Shown here one piece after another: positions 19,974-27,169 of a stretch of DNA of 46,971 nucleotides; the stretch's first letter is position 1; the number at the start of each line of letters is the position of its first letter. The DNA comes from Minisyncoccota bacterium (GTDB lineage Bacteria; Patescibacteriota; Minisyncoccia; Phycocordibacterales; UBA9973): contig JANNRS010000033.1 in NCBI GenBank assembly GCA_031401615.1, positions 1-46,971 on the forward strand, in the 5' to 3' direction. A program made the position numbers and the translations under genes. The notes beneath the pieces are model-generated. The model saw nothing but the letters and a program-made list of their open reading frames with translations, made no database searches and had not been told where the DNA came from.

Positions 19974-20001
19974 AAGCTGTTTTAGTATATTCAAACAGCT
20001 T
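19974..20001 (+). terminator. Hairpin just after the beta-propeller gene
   Basis: AAGCTGTTT-TAGTATATTC-AAACAGCTT followed by a weak T tract. Confidence 0.4.
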
Positions 20002-20017
20002 TATTGATTAAAAAATT

Positions 20018-20203
20018 TTAAGTTTTTAAAATAGCCTTCCTTGTAATAGTAAATTTTTTTACTGGATCTGTGGTACTTTGGCAGTGTATAGGAGTACCAT
20101 TCATATTTAACATTTCAAATGCCTTCTCCGCTTTTTTTGAGAACCGAACATGTTGGTTAAATCTGTAGCTAAAAAACTTTTTTAATAGTTTAGATAAGTT
20201 CAT
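20018..20203 (-). CDS. Hypothetical small basic protein (doubtful)
   Basis: ORF only, with no recognisable family. Trimmed to MNLSKLLKK because the longer form covers the secG promoter. Confidence 0.2.
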   Translation of the reverse strand: MNLSKLLKKFFSYRFNQHVRFSKKAEKAFEMLNMNGTPIHCQSTTDPVKKFTITRKAILKT

Positions 20204-20254
20204 GTCTTTGAATTTTCTTAACTTTACCCTACTAGCCCACAAAGTCAATACAGG

Positions 20255-20283
20255 TTGAATCCTGACCCAACTGGTGCTATAGT
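20255..20283 (+). promoter_or_regulatory. Candidate sigma-70 promoter for secG
   Basis: TTGAAT, a 17-nt spacer, then TGC-TATAGT (extended -10). It ends about 15 nt before the secG ATG, implying a very short leader. Confidence 0.45.
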
Positions 20284-20298
20284 GTACTAGTTTCACCT

Positions 20299-20526
20299 AT
20301 GGCACTGACACTCCAAATCATTCAAATAGTCTCAAGTCTACTCATCGTAGTACTAGTTCTCCTCCAGCGCTCAAATAGCTCTGATATGGGCAGTACCCTC
20401 GGGACAGACGGCGGAAGCTTCCTACAGACACGACGTGGCGCGGAGCGTTTTATTTTTGTGCTGACTATTATAGTGGCTATCGTATTTGCTATTGCCAGCT
20501 TGGCATCGCTTATATTGCTTCCATAA
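20299..20526 (+). CDS. secG: Preprotein translocase subunit SecG
   Basis: 75 aa with two TM helices and a central Gly-rich loop (LLQRSNSSDMGSTLGTDGGSF). Confidence 0.75.
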   Translation: MALTLQIIQIVSSLLIVVLVLLQRSNSSDMGSTLGTDGGSFLQTRRGAERFIFVLTIIVAIVFAIASLASLILLP

Positions 20527-20582
20527 AAAATAGCTCTTATAGTGTTGGTGAGTTTGTACCCTAGTAGAAAACTATTTTTCTT

Positions 20583-22112
20583 ATGAAAACATTGCTAATA
20601 TCTTTCTTTTCTTTTCTTAAAAAGGAAAAGGTTCCAACCAAAGAAAATCTTATTGAAATAAAAGATAGCCAATTTTCTTTTTATAAAGGGGGCTTAATTT
20701 TTTCATGTTTACTAGTGGTTTCTTTATTCCTAGCATTACTAATGTCTATCAGTAGTCGTTTTTCTATAGAAGCCCCAGACTATGGTGGGACTTTATCTGA
20801 AGGAATTATTGGCTCTCCAAAGTTTATAACTCCACTTCTTTCTTCGAGTGAAACTGATCAAGCTCTGACCAAGCTCATTTATTCTGGGTTGGTCAAAGAT
20901 ACTGATCAAGAAGGAGCCTTTTATCTACTACTAGCAAGTAGATTTGTCGCTAGCCCCGATGGTAGAGAATATCTATTTACTCTAAAAGACAATTTAACTT
21001 TCTCAAACAAAATGCCACTAGAGAGTAGTGACGTACTTTTTACTTTTGAAACAAAAAAACGTTTAGCTCTTTTGGCTGACCCAAGTAGTGATTGGTCAAA
21101 TATTTCTGTAGAAACTCCTGATAGTAAAACTGTGGTCTTGAAAACATCAGGACCTAAAGAGTCTCTAACTGAAAAACTCTCTCTTGGTATTATACCTAAA
21201 GATCTTTGGGGATCAGTTGATATTGAATCAATACAGGATAGTACTCTCAATACCTCCCCTATAGGAGCAGGGCCTTTTACTATAAAGCACATCAACTATA
21301 ACAATACTTTACCGAAAGAATTGGTGCTCAAAAGAAATGTCCATTTTGTAGGGTCAAAACCTTATATAAAAACAATAAAAATTATCATTTTTGCTAACCA
21401 GTTAGAATTAAAAGATGGATTGCAAAATAAGTCTATCAATAGTACTACTGCTCAAAATGGAACTTTCATAGACACTAAAATACAAGAAAAATTTTCAATA
21501 AAACAAATACCAACAGAGAAAAATATTTCACTCTTTGTGTTACCTTCATCCAAAGGAACTTCTTCTATCGCCTTATCTAATATTGAGAGATCAATTGACA
21601 GAAAAAAAATAATTGATATCATTGAGAAAGGTTATGGCATAGCGCTCTACTCTTCCTCGGAAGCCTCTACTGTTGAGGAGCAAGAAGGATCAGTCAATAG
21701 ACTGATAAAACTCGGTTATAAACAAAACGAATCTGGTAACTTAATAAAAGATGGTTCCCCAATAGCAGTATCAATCGTGGTACGCACTGATGAACAACTT
21801 TTGCAAAGCGCCCAGATGTTATCTCAAGAGTTTTCTCGTTTTGGTATAACAACTGAGTTAAAAGCATTTGACCAAGGATTATTTACTGAACAAGTAGCCC
21901 AAAGAGTTTACCCGTTCATCCTCGGAACAGAGACTGATATTCCAGCAGGTTACGAGCGCATCATTCCTTTATACACAAAAACCATTCCCAGTATTACTGA
22001 AAAATACGTACACACTGTTTTACCGCTAGTGATTAGAACGCGAGCCGAAGTATTTCGTGATATAGAAAGTTGGTATGTACGAACAGACAAAGTATGGAAA
22101 GGATTTAACTAA
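20583..22112 (+). CDS. Extracellular solute-binding protein, family 5 like, membrane anchored
   Basis: N-terminal TM helix, GGTLSEGIIGSPKFITPLL, and overall SBP-5 architecture. There are no adjacent permease or ATPase genes. Confidence 0.65.
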   Translation: MKTLLISFFSFLKKEKVPTKENLIEIKDSQFSFYKGGLIFSCLLVVSLFLALLMSISSRFSIEAPDYGGTLSEGIIGSPKFITPLLSSSETDQALTKLIYSGLVKDTDQEGAFYLLLASRFVASPDGREYLFTLKDNLTFSNKMPLESSDVLFTFETKKRLALLADPSSDWSNISVETPDSKTVVLKTSGPKESLTEKLSLGIIPKDLWGSVDIESIQDSTLNTSPIGAGPFTIKHINYNNTLPKELVLKRNVHFVGSKPYIKTIKIIIFANQLELKDGLQNKSINSTTAQNGTFIDTKIQEKFSIKQIPTEKNISLFVLPSSKGTSSIALSNIERSIDRKKIIDIIEKGYGIALYSSSEASTVEEQEGSVNRLIKLGYKQNESGNLIKDGSPIAVSIVVRTDEQLLQSAQMLSQEFSRFGITTELKAFDQGLFTEQVAQRVYPFILGTETDIPAGYERIIPLYTKTIPSITEKYVHTVLPLVIRTRAEVFRDIESWYVRTDKVWKGFN

Positions 22113-22145
22113 TTACAAATACAAAATAAATCTAATAGAATAGAT

Positions 22146-24038
22146 ATGACAGAACAAACAAACACAACACCAAATCACACAAACTCTAGTACAGCGACGC
22201 CAACCAAACGACCGTTTGTTAAAACATTCCCAAAACGTAACAAACCATTCAACAACCGCAACCAATTCAAACGTCGACCAGTACAAGCCCCTATGCAAAT
22301 GCAAGACCTGAACGCGCAACCACTTGAGCGTAAAACTGCTCATATCCCAGATGTTGCCCCGGATGTAATTCGTATCATCCCTCTCGGTGGAGTAGAAGAA
22401 ATCGGCAAGAATATGACTGCTATTGAAATCGGCGACGATATCATTGTTATTGATGCTGGTATGTTCTTTGCCAATGGTGAAACCCCGGGTATTGACTACG
22501 TTATCCCAAATACTCGTTACCTTGAGGAAAGGAAGCATAAAATCCGAGCGCTAATCGTGACTCATGGACACTTGGATCACATCGGTGGGGTACCACTTGT
22601 ACTCTCTCGTATTGGTAACCCGCCTGTATATTCACGCAACTTAAGTGTCCTCATGATGCGTAAACGACAAACAGAATTCCCGCACCTACCAGCACTAAAT
22701 GCTATTACTGTTGAGAAAGATGAGATTGTTACAATCGGAAAAATCAAAGTAAAATTTTGGGGAGTAACTCACACTATCCCAGACTCTATGGGAGTTATCA
22801 TTGAAACTCCTTATGGATGGATCGTAAACCCTGGTGATTACAAGCTCGACCAAGTGGATGGTATCGTCAGTGCTGATGAAGAAAAAGAATACAAAATATT
22901 CGACAACAATAAAACACTGCTTTTGATGACTGATTCAACTAACATTGAAAATGAAGGTTTTGCAATGCCGGAAATAAAGGTGCACCAAGGTATTGAAAAT
23001 ATTCTTCGACGTATCAATGGCCGGATTATTATTGCGGCTTTTGCTTCTCATATTACTCGACTAGTAAAAATTATTGAGATAGCTGAAGCTTTGAATAAAA
23101 AAATTGTTCTTCAAGGAAGGTCAATGAAATCCAATATTGAAATCATAATTCAAGCAAACCTTTTAAAGATAAAAAAAGATACCATCGTCTCTATGGAGGA
23201 GGCAGATAGACTTCCACCAAATCGGGTCATTATTTTATCTACAGGAGGTCAGGGTGAAGAGTTCTCAGCACTTTCTCGAGCGGCAAATAAAACAGATAAA
23301 AGATTTATTATAAGAAAGGGAGATACTGTTATTTTGTCTGCTTCAGTTATCCCCGGGAATGAACGTGCGGTAGAAAAAATGAAAGATGGGTTAGCTCGCC
23401 AAGAAGTAAAACTCATTAGTTATCGTACCCCAGGAGAAGAAATCGTTCATGCTACTGGACATGGTAACAAAGAGGACGTGAAGTGGTTACACAAAAAAGT
23501 TAATGAGAAGTTTTTTATTCCTATTCACGGAAACCATTTCCGACTACAGCTACATAAAGATCTAGTAATGGAACTTGGTATGCCAGAGGAAAATATTATC
23601 GTTCCAGATAATGGAAGTATTATTGAAATTACTGAGGGTGGAACCAAGATGGTCCTTCGAAAAGAAAAAGCTCCAGCTAGCCCTATGGTGGTGGATGGAT
23701 TCTCTATTGGGGATGAACAAAGCGTTGTGCTTCGTGACCGACAAGCTCTCGCTGATGCAGGTATGTTCGTAATCATCGCTACTGTTGATCAGAAAACTGG
23801 AATCCTGCGAAAGAGCCCTGATATTATTTCTCGTGGCTTTGTTTATCTCAAAGAGAGCCAAGAACTCCTGCGTCATACTCGTATCTTGATCAAAAAAACT
23901 GTAGAGCAATCATATAAAAACGGTGACCAAATGAATCTAGATAACGTTAAAAATATGGTTGCCGATACTGTAGCAAAATACCTTTACCAAAAAACAGCCA
24001 AGAGTCCTGTTGTAATTCCTGTTATACTTAGTTTCTAA
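22146..24038 (+). CDS. rnj: Ribonuclease J (metallo-beta-lactamase / beta-CASP)
   Basis: VTHGHLDHIGG motif, beta-CASP region and HATGHG motif. The N-terminus has a ~60-aa T/N/P/Q-rich extension. Confidence 0.9.
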   Translation: MTEQTNTTPNHTNSSTATPTKRPFVKTFPKRNKPFNNRNQFKRRPVQAPMQMQDLNAQPLERKTAHIPDVAPDVIRIIPLGGVEEIGKNMTAIEIGDDIIVIDAGMFFANGETPGIDYVIPNTRYLEERKHKIRALIVTHGHLDHIGGVPLVLSRIGNPPVYSRNLSVLMMRKRQTEFPHLPALNAITVEKDEIVTIGKIKVKFWGVTHTIPDSMGVIIETPYGWIVNPGDYKLDQVDGIVSADEEKEYKIFDNNKTLLLMTDSTNIENEGFAMPEIKVHQGIENILRRINGRIIIAAFASHITRLVKIIEIAEALNKKIVLQGRSMKSNIEIIIQANLLKIKKDTIVSMEEADRLPPNRVIILSTGGQGEEFSALSRAANKTDKRFIIRKGDTVILSASVIPGNERAVEKMKDGLARQEVKLISYRTPGEEIVHATGHGNKEDVKWLHKKVNEKFFIPIHGNHFRLQLHKDLVMELGMPEENIIVPDNGSIIEITEGGTKMVLRKEKAPASPMVVDGFSIGDEQSVVLRDRQALADAGMFVIIATVDQKTGILRKSPDIISRGFVYLKESQELLRHTRILIKKTVEQSYKNGDQMNLDNVKNMVADTVAKYLYQKTAKSPVVIPVILSF

Positions 24039-24040
24039 GT

Positions 24041-25192
24041 ATGTTAAGCAAGAAACACATAAGATTTATTTTCCTAGCATCATTTTTCTTTTCTTTACAC
24101 ATGGCACTGCTGGCTTATGTGAACTCTAGTATGCTCGGAACAATAGCTTCACCAAATCTCATTGGGGCTACATATATTATCGCTTCTGTCCTATCAGTTA
24201 TCTTTGTCACTATTGCCACACAGGTTATCCGAATTATTGGAAATGTTAAATATGTAATATTTACTCTTGGTGCTAGCGCTGTTCTTTTGTATTTTATTAG
24301 TACCAATTCTGGATCATCACTTGTTCCTCTATTTATTCTCTACTTTTCTCTCAATTCAGTTATTCTCTACGGCCTTGATTTGTTTCTCGAGCATTATTCA
24401 TCTGAAAATAAAACTGGGAATATTCGAGGTCTTTATTTAACTTTAGGTAATATTGGTTGGGTTATTGCCCCTATTGTCTCTGGTACTCTGCAAACAAAGT
24501 TTGGTTTTTCTGCGATTTATCTCGTGGCATCAATTTCAGTAGCTATTACCTTTTGTATTATATTCTTTAGTCAGCGTGGGTTTGTAGATAAGGTTTACCA
24601 TAGAAGCCATTTTGTTGATGGTATGCGAACACTTCTTCGAAATAAAAACTTGCGCAAATTAGCTTTCCTTAGCTTTTTACTTCAATTTTTCTTTGCAATT
24701 ATGGTTATCTACTCTCCTGTCTACCTAACATCGATCATTGGTTTCTCTTGGAAAACTCTTGGGGTACTACTCTCTATTATGCTTTTACCATTTGTTATTT
24801 TCCCCTATCCATCAGGTTATATAGCTGATAAATACTTGGGTGAGAAAGAGTTGATGTGTTTTGGTCTTATCATTATGGGGCTTGCGACTATTTATTTTGC
24901 CAGAGTTGGAAATGCTAGTTTTGTTATTTACGCTATCATTTTATTTATGAGTCGTATGGGAGCTAGTATTTTTGAAACTATGTGTGAAAGTTCATTTTTT
25001 AAACGAGTAAATGACGCTGATTCATCGGTCATTAGTGCTTATCGAAATATGATGCCAGTTGCCTATATTGCCGGACCTCTCATCGGTGGAGCTATCTTTA
25101 CCCTAACTTCTTACCAGACACTCTTTTCTTTACTTGGAATAATAATGATTTTAGCTAGTCTCTACGCCTTACGCTTGAAAGATACTAATTAA
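24041..25192 (+). CDS. MFS transporter
   Basis: About 12 predicted TM helices, 383 aa, with MFS-like loop motifs. Confidence 0.8.
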   Translation: MLSKKHIRFIFLASFFFSLHMALLAYVNSSMLGTIASPNLIGATYIIASVLSVIFVTIATQVIRIIGNVKYVIFTLGASAVLLYFISTNSGSSLVPLFILYFSLNSVILYGLDLFLEHYSSENKTGNIRGLYLTLGNIGWVIAPIVSGTLQTKFGFSAIYLVASISVAITFCIIFFSQRGFVDKVYHRSHFVDGMRTLLRNKNLRKLAFLSFLLQFFFAIMVIYSPVYLTSIIGFSWKTLGVLLSIMLLPFVIFPYPSGYIADKYLGEKELMCFGLIIMGLATIYFARVGNASFVIYAIILFMSRMGASIFETMCESSFFKRVNDADSSVISAYRNMMPVAYIAGPLIGGAIFTLTSYQTLFSLLGIIMILASLYALRLKDTN

Positions 25193-25245
25193 ATACTATC
25201 AAAATTGATTTTATTAAAAAAAGAAAAGTTTATTAGAAATGATTC

Positions 25246-25782
25246 TTAATCGACTTTCATATAACACTGGACATATGCTGCTGTGGCATTATAAATATGG
25301 CCAGCTCCACAAGATGATGGTGATACTGGTGGTTCTGTCGTCCAACGAACGTAGCTTCCTGCTGAAAAAAGAAAACCATCATAAGTTCCATTAAACGATG
25401 AAGCAATATTACTGTACAGATATCCCCCATACCCTCTTGAACTATCTGCTGGGTCTACTAATTTTTTACTTATATAGTTAGCTAGGTAAGCATCAGTTAC
25501 AGGATCAGCCCCTACAGAAACCCAGACTCCATAACAAGTAGCACTAATACAAATCCAAGAGGAAGAAACTGGTACACTGCCTGTATTAGTTAAGCCTAAA
25601 GAAAATGCATTAAATAATTGCCTGGTATCAGAAATCCTTTGAGAATTTCTTGCTCTTAACTTAGATGAGTTAACTGATGCTAAAATAACTGCAGCTAAAA
25701 TACCAATGACAGCAATAACTACAAGAAGTTCAATAAGAGTAAAACCTTTCTCTTTTTTGAGTAGTTTCCCAAAAAATTTCAT
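25246..25782 (-). CDS. Type IV pilin-like protein (prepilin N-terminal methylation domain), orphan copy
   Basis: KGFTLIELLVVIAVIGILAAV is the class III signal. A TATAAT sits 11-12 nt upstream of the ATG. Confidence 0.8.
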   Translation of the reverse strand: MKFFGKLLKKEKGFTLIELLVVIAVIGILAAVILASVNSSKLRARNSQRISDTRQLFNAFSLGLTNTGSVPVSSSWICISATCYGVWVSVGADPVTDAYLANYISKKLVDPADSSRGYGGYLYSNIASSFNGTYDGFLFSAGSYVRWTTEPPVSPSSCGAGHIYNATAAYVQCYMKVD

Positions 25783-25839
25783 AATGTTTAAATTATACTA
25801 AAGCAAACAAAAAAAAGCAAACAAAAAGCCCTAAGAACT

Positions 25840-26002
25840 TGGTTGCCAGACCTGGAATCTCACTACTCGCTTCGCTGCGTTTTGACAACCTCTCGGTTTT
25901 CAACGCTCGCTTCACTCACTGCTTTCCTCCACAGGGAAACTCCCGTTTCCCTGACACCCTTCCCGTTCTCGTCTAGGTCGCACCGTTCACCATGTTCACT
26001 GC
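25840..26002 (-). other. GC-rich module A ending in a displaced tRNA T-stem/acceptor fragment with encoded ACCA
   Basis: On the minus strand the module ends ...GAGATTCCAGGTCTGGCA-ACCA. The 13-mer TCCAGGTCTGGCA repeats at 26003..26015. Internal hairpins are CAGGGAAA/TTTCCCTG (25932..25953) and AACC-GAGA-GGTT. The track ORF 25843..26076 is probably spurious. Confidence 0.5.
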
Positions 26003-26097
26003 TGCCAGACCTGGACTCGAACCAAGATAATATCCTTCAGAGGGATACGTCCTACCCGCCTAGACTCGACGTCTAGTCGAGGCTGGCCATTAGACGA
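26003..26097 (-). pseudogene. Disrupted tRNA-Gln(CUG)-like copy
   Basis: 49 nt (26007..26055) are identical to tRNA-Gln 26125..26173. The D-loop is split after the conserved GG by a ~31-nt GC-rich palindrome (26056..26086). The 3' acceptor is TCTGGCA but the 5' strand (TAACTCT) cannot pair with it. Confidence 0.55.
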
Positions 26098-26119
26098 AGA
26101 GTTAAACTTTTATACAAGG

Positions 26120-26190
26120 CTGGGAGACCTGGACTCGAACCAAGATAATATCCTTCAGAGGGATACGTCCTACCATTAGACGATCTCCCA
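26120..26190 (-). tRNA. tRNA-Gln (anticodon CUG)
   Basis: Manual cloverleaf: TGGGAGA/TCTCCCA acceptor, GTCT/GGAC D-stem, TATCC-CTCTGAA-GGATA anticodon arm, CTTGG-TTCGAGT-CCAGG T-arm. 71 nt, no full encoded CCA. Confidence 0.9.
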
Positions 26191-26317
26191 GCCTTGTATA
26201 AAAATTAATTTAATTAAATATATACTTCTTCAAGAACTTTCTACCTGCAGAAGATTTAAAATATTTTTCTCTTTTTCTTGCATCTATTCTAGCGAGAAAT
26301 TGCTCTTCATATACAAC

Positions 26318-26372
26318 TTGCCAGACCCGCCTCGACTTGCAGAAGCTTGTCGACGCGAGGCGGATCTGGCAA
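26318..26372. repeat. GC-rich palindromic hairpin carrying both orientations of the TGCCAGA acceptor-like heptamer
   Basis: TTGCCAGACCCGCCTCG, a 21-nt loop, then CGAGGCGGATCTGGCAA. The stem is 17 bp with one mismatch. Its arms resemble the insert in the pseudo-tRNA D-loop. Confidence 0.7.
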
Positions 26373-26414
26373 TCTGGCTTACTATAGCGAAAAATAGCTT
26401 ATTACTCAAGACCT

Positions 26415-26939
26415 TCAACGTAGGCCTGATTCACAAGAAATATTATTAATAGTTATTTTGTTAATACTTACTATAACTGCATCTGTTGGACAACTAGGTA
26501 ATGTTTCTCCGCCCTTAGCCATCACTTTATAAGTGCCTATTGGTAATCTTATTGAATACTTACCATCTACTCCAGAATTTGCTTTATAAATTTTTCCTAA
26601 GGAATCAGTAAAAGAAATACTAGTCTCATAAGCTTTAAAGGCACAATTCGGATCTGGTATTATCCCAATAGGGCCACCACAAGCTGGTTCTAAACCAACT
26701 ACACCGTTAACAGTACCAAACTCCACCTTAGGAGGCATAATCTTAACAATTAGTGGACATTCGGCAAATTGACATTGCGGGCCGCTACGGATGACATAAG
26801 AGTTGTCGGGGCACTTTATGGTATCCAAAGGACAAACAACCTCTTGAGGCAGTGGGGCTACAGCCTGCTTCTTATCATAGTTAATAGCGATAAAAGCACC
26901 TAATAAAATAAGTAAAGCAATAATTGTTCGAATGGACAT
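26415..26939 (-). CDS. Cys-rich secreted hypothetical protein
   Basis: N-terminal signal/anchor (IIALLILLGAFIAI), 10 cysteines, and a C-terminal GKYSIRLPIGTYKV beta-sandwich-like motif. Confidence 0.5.
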   Translation of the reverse strand: MSIRTIIALLILLGAFIAINYDKKQAVAPLPQEVVCPLDTIKCPDNSYVIRSGPQCQFAECPLIVKIMPPKVEFGTVNGVVGLEPACGGPIGIIPDPNCAFKAYETSISFTDSLGKIYKANSGVDGKYSIRLPIGTYKVMAKGGETLPSCPTDAVIVSINKITINNISCESGLR

Positions 26940-27169
26940 AGAGTAAGTGTATACCTACTCCAAGACAAATGCGAGAATACCAAATTCTTTAATCTTTTCT
27001 TCATAACCAGGAAAACTATGGTATTGAGCAATCATATTTTTTGCATTACCAATACCTGGGTGAATTGTGTTTGGAGAATACTTTTTAAAAAGAGCTGTTA
27101 ATGTTTTGAAGTGAGAAACTTTCTTCCATTTTTCAAACTTTGTAAAACGTAAGTATAATACATGGCAAA

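Noticed and set aside
20204-20296. N-terminal 31 codons of ORF 20018..20296.
   Set aside because: They overlap the well-formed secG promoter boxes. The whole ORF is doubtful.
25843-26076. 77-aa plus-strand ORF in the track (TTG start).
   Set aside because: It lies entirely over the GC-rich module and the tRNA-Gln-like pseudogene. It is open probably only because of local GC richness, and it has no recognisable protein features.
26335-26355. Cluster of restriction palindromes (AAGCTT and GTCGAC here, GAGCTC at 31682) reminiscent of a cloning polylinker, which would suggest vector contamination.
   Set aside because: The order and spacing do not match any multiple cloning site I can recall. 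The sites are embedded in longer native-looking hairpin arms. A UniVec screen would settle it.
26003-26372. Possible tmRNA. A 5' TGCCAGA (26372) and a 3' TCTGGCA (26003) lie about 370 nt apart, a tmRNA-like length, with a T-arm before the 3' strand.
   Set aside because: There is no G3:U70 alanine identity pair and no GGGG 5' end. An intact tRNA-Gln lies inside the span. I found no tag reading frame or pseudoknot pattern.
26940-27169. Possible frameshifted small gene on the minus strand. ATG at 27163 gives MYYTYVLQSLKNGRKFLTSKH-stop. Another frame continues ...KWKKVSHFKTLTALFKKYSPNTIHPGIGNAKNMIAQYHSFPGYEEKIKEFGILAFVLE. The N-terminus superficially resembles GIY-YIG proteins.
   Set aside because: There is no YIG or catalytic Arg/Glu motif downstream. 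The join requires a slip in an A5 run that I cannot verify. It may be a decayed gene or a homopolymer error, so it is not reported as a feature.
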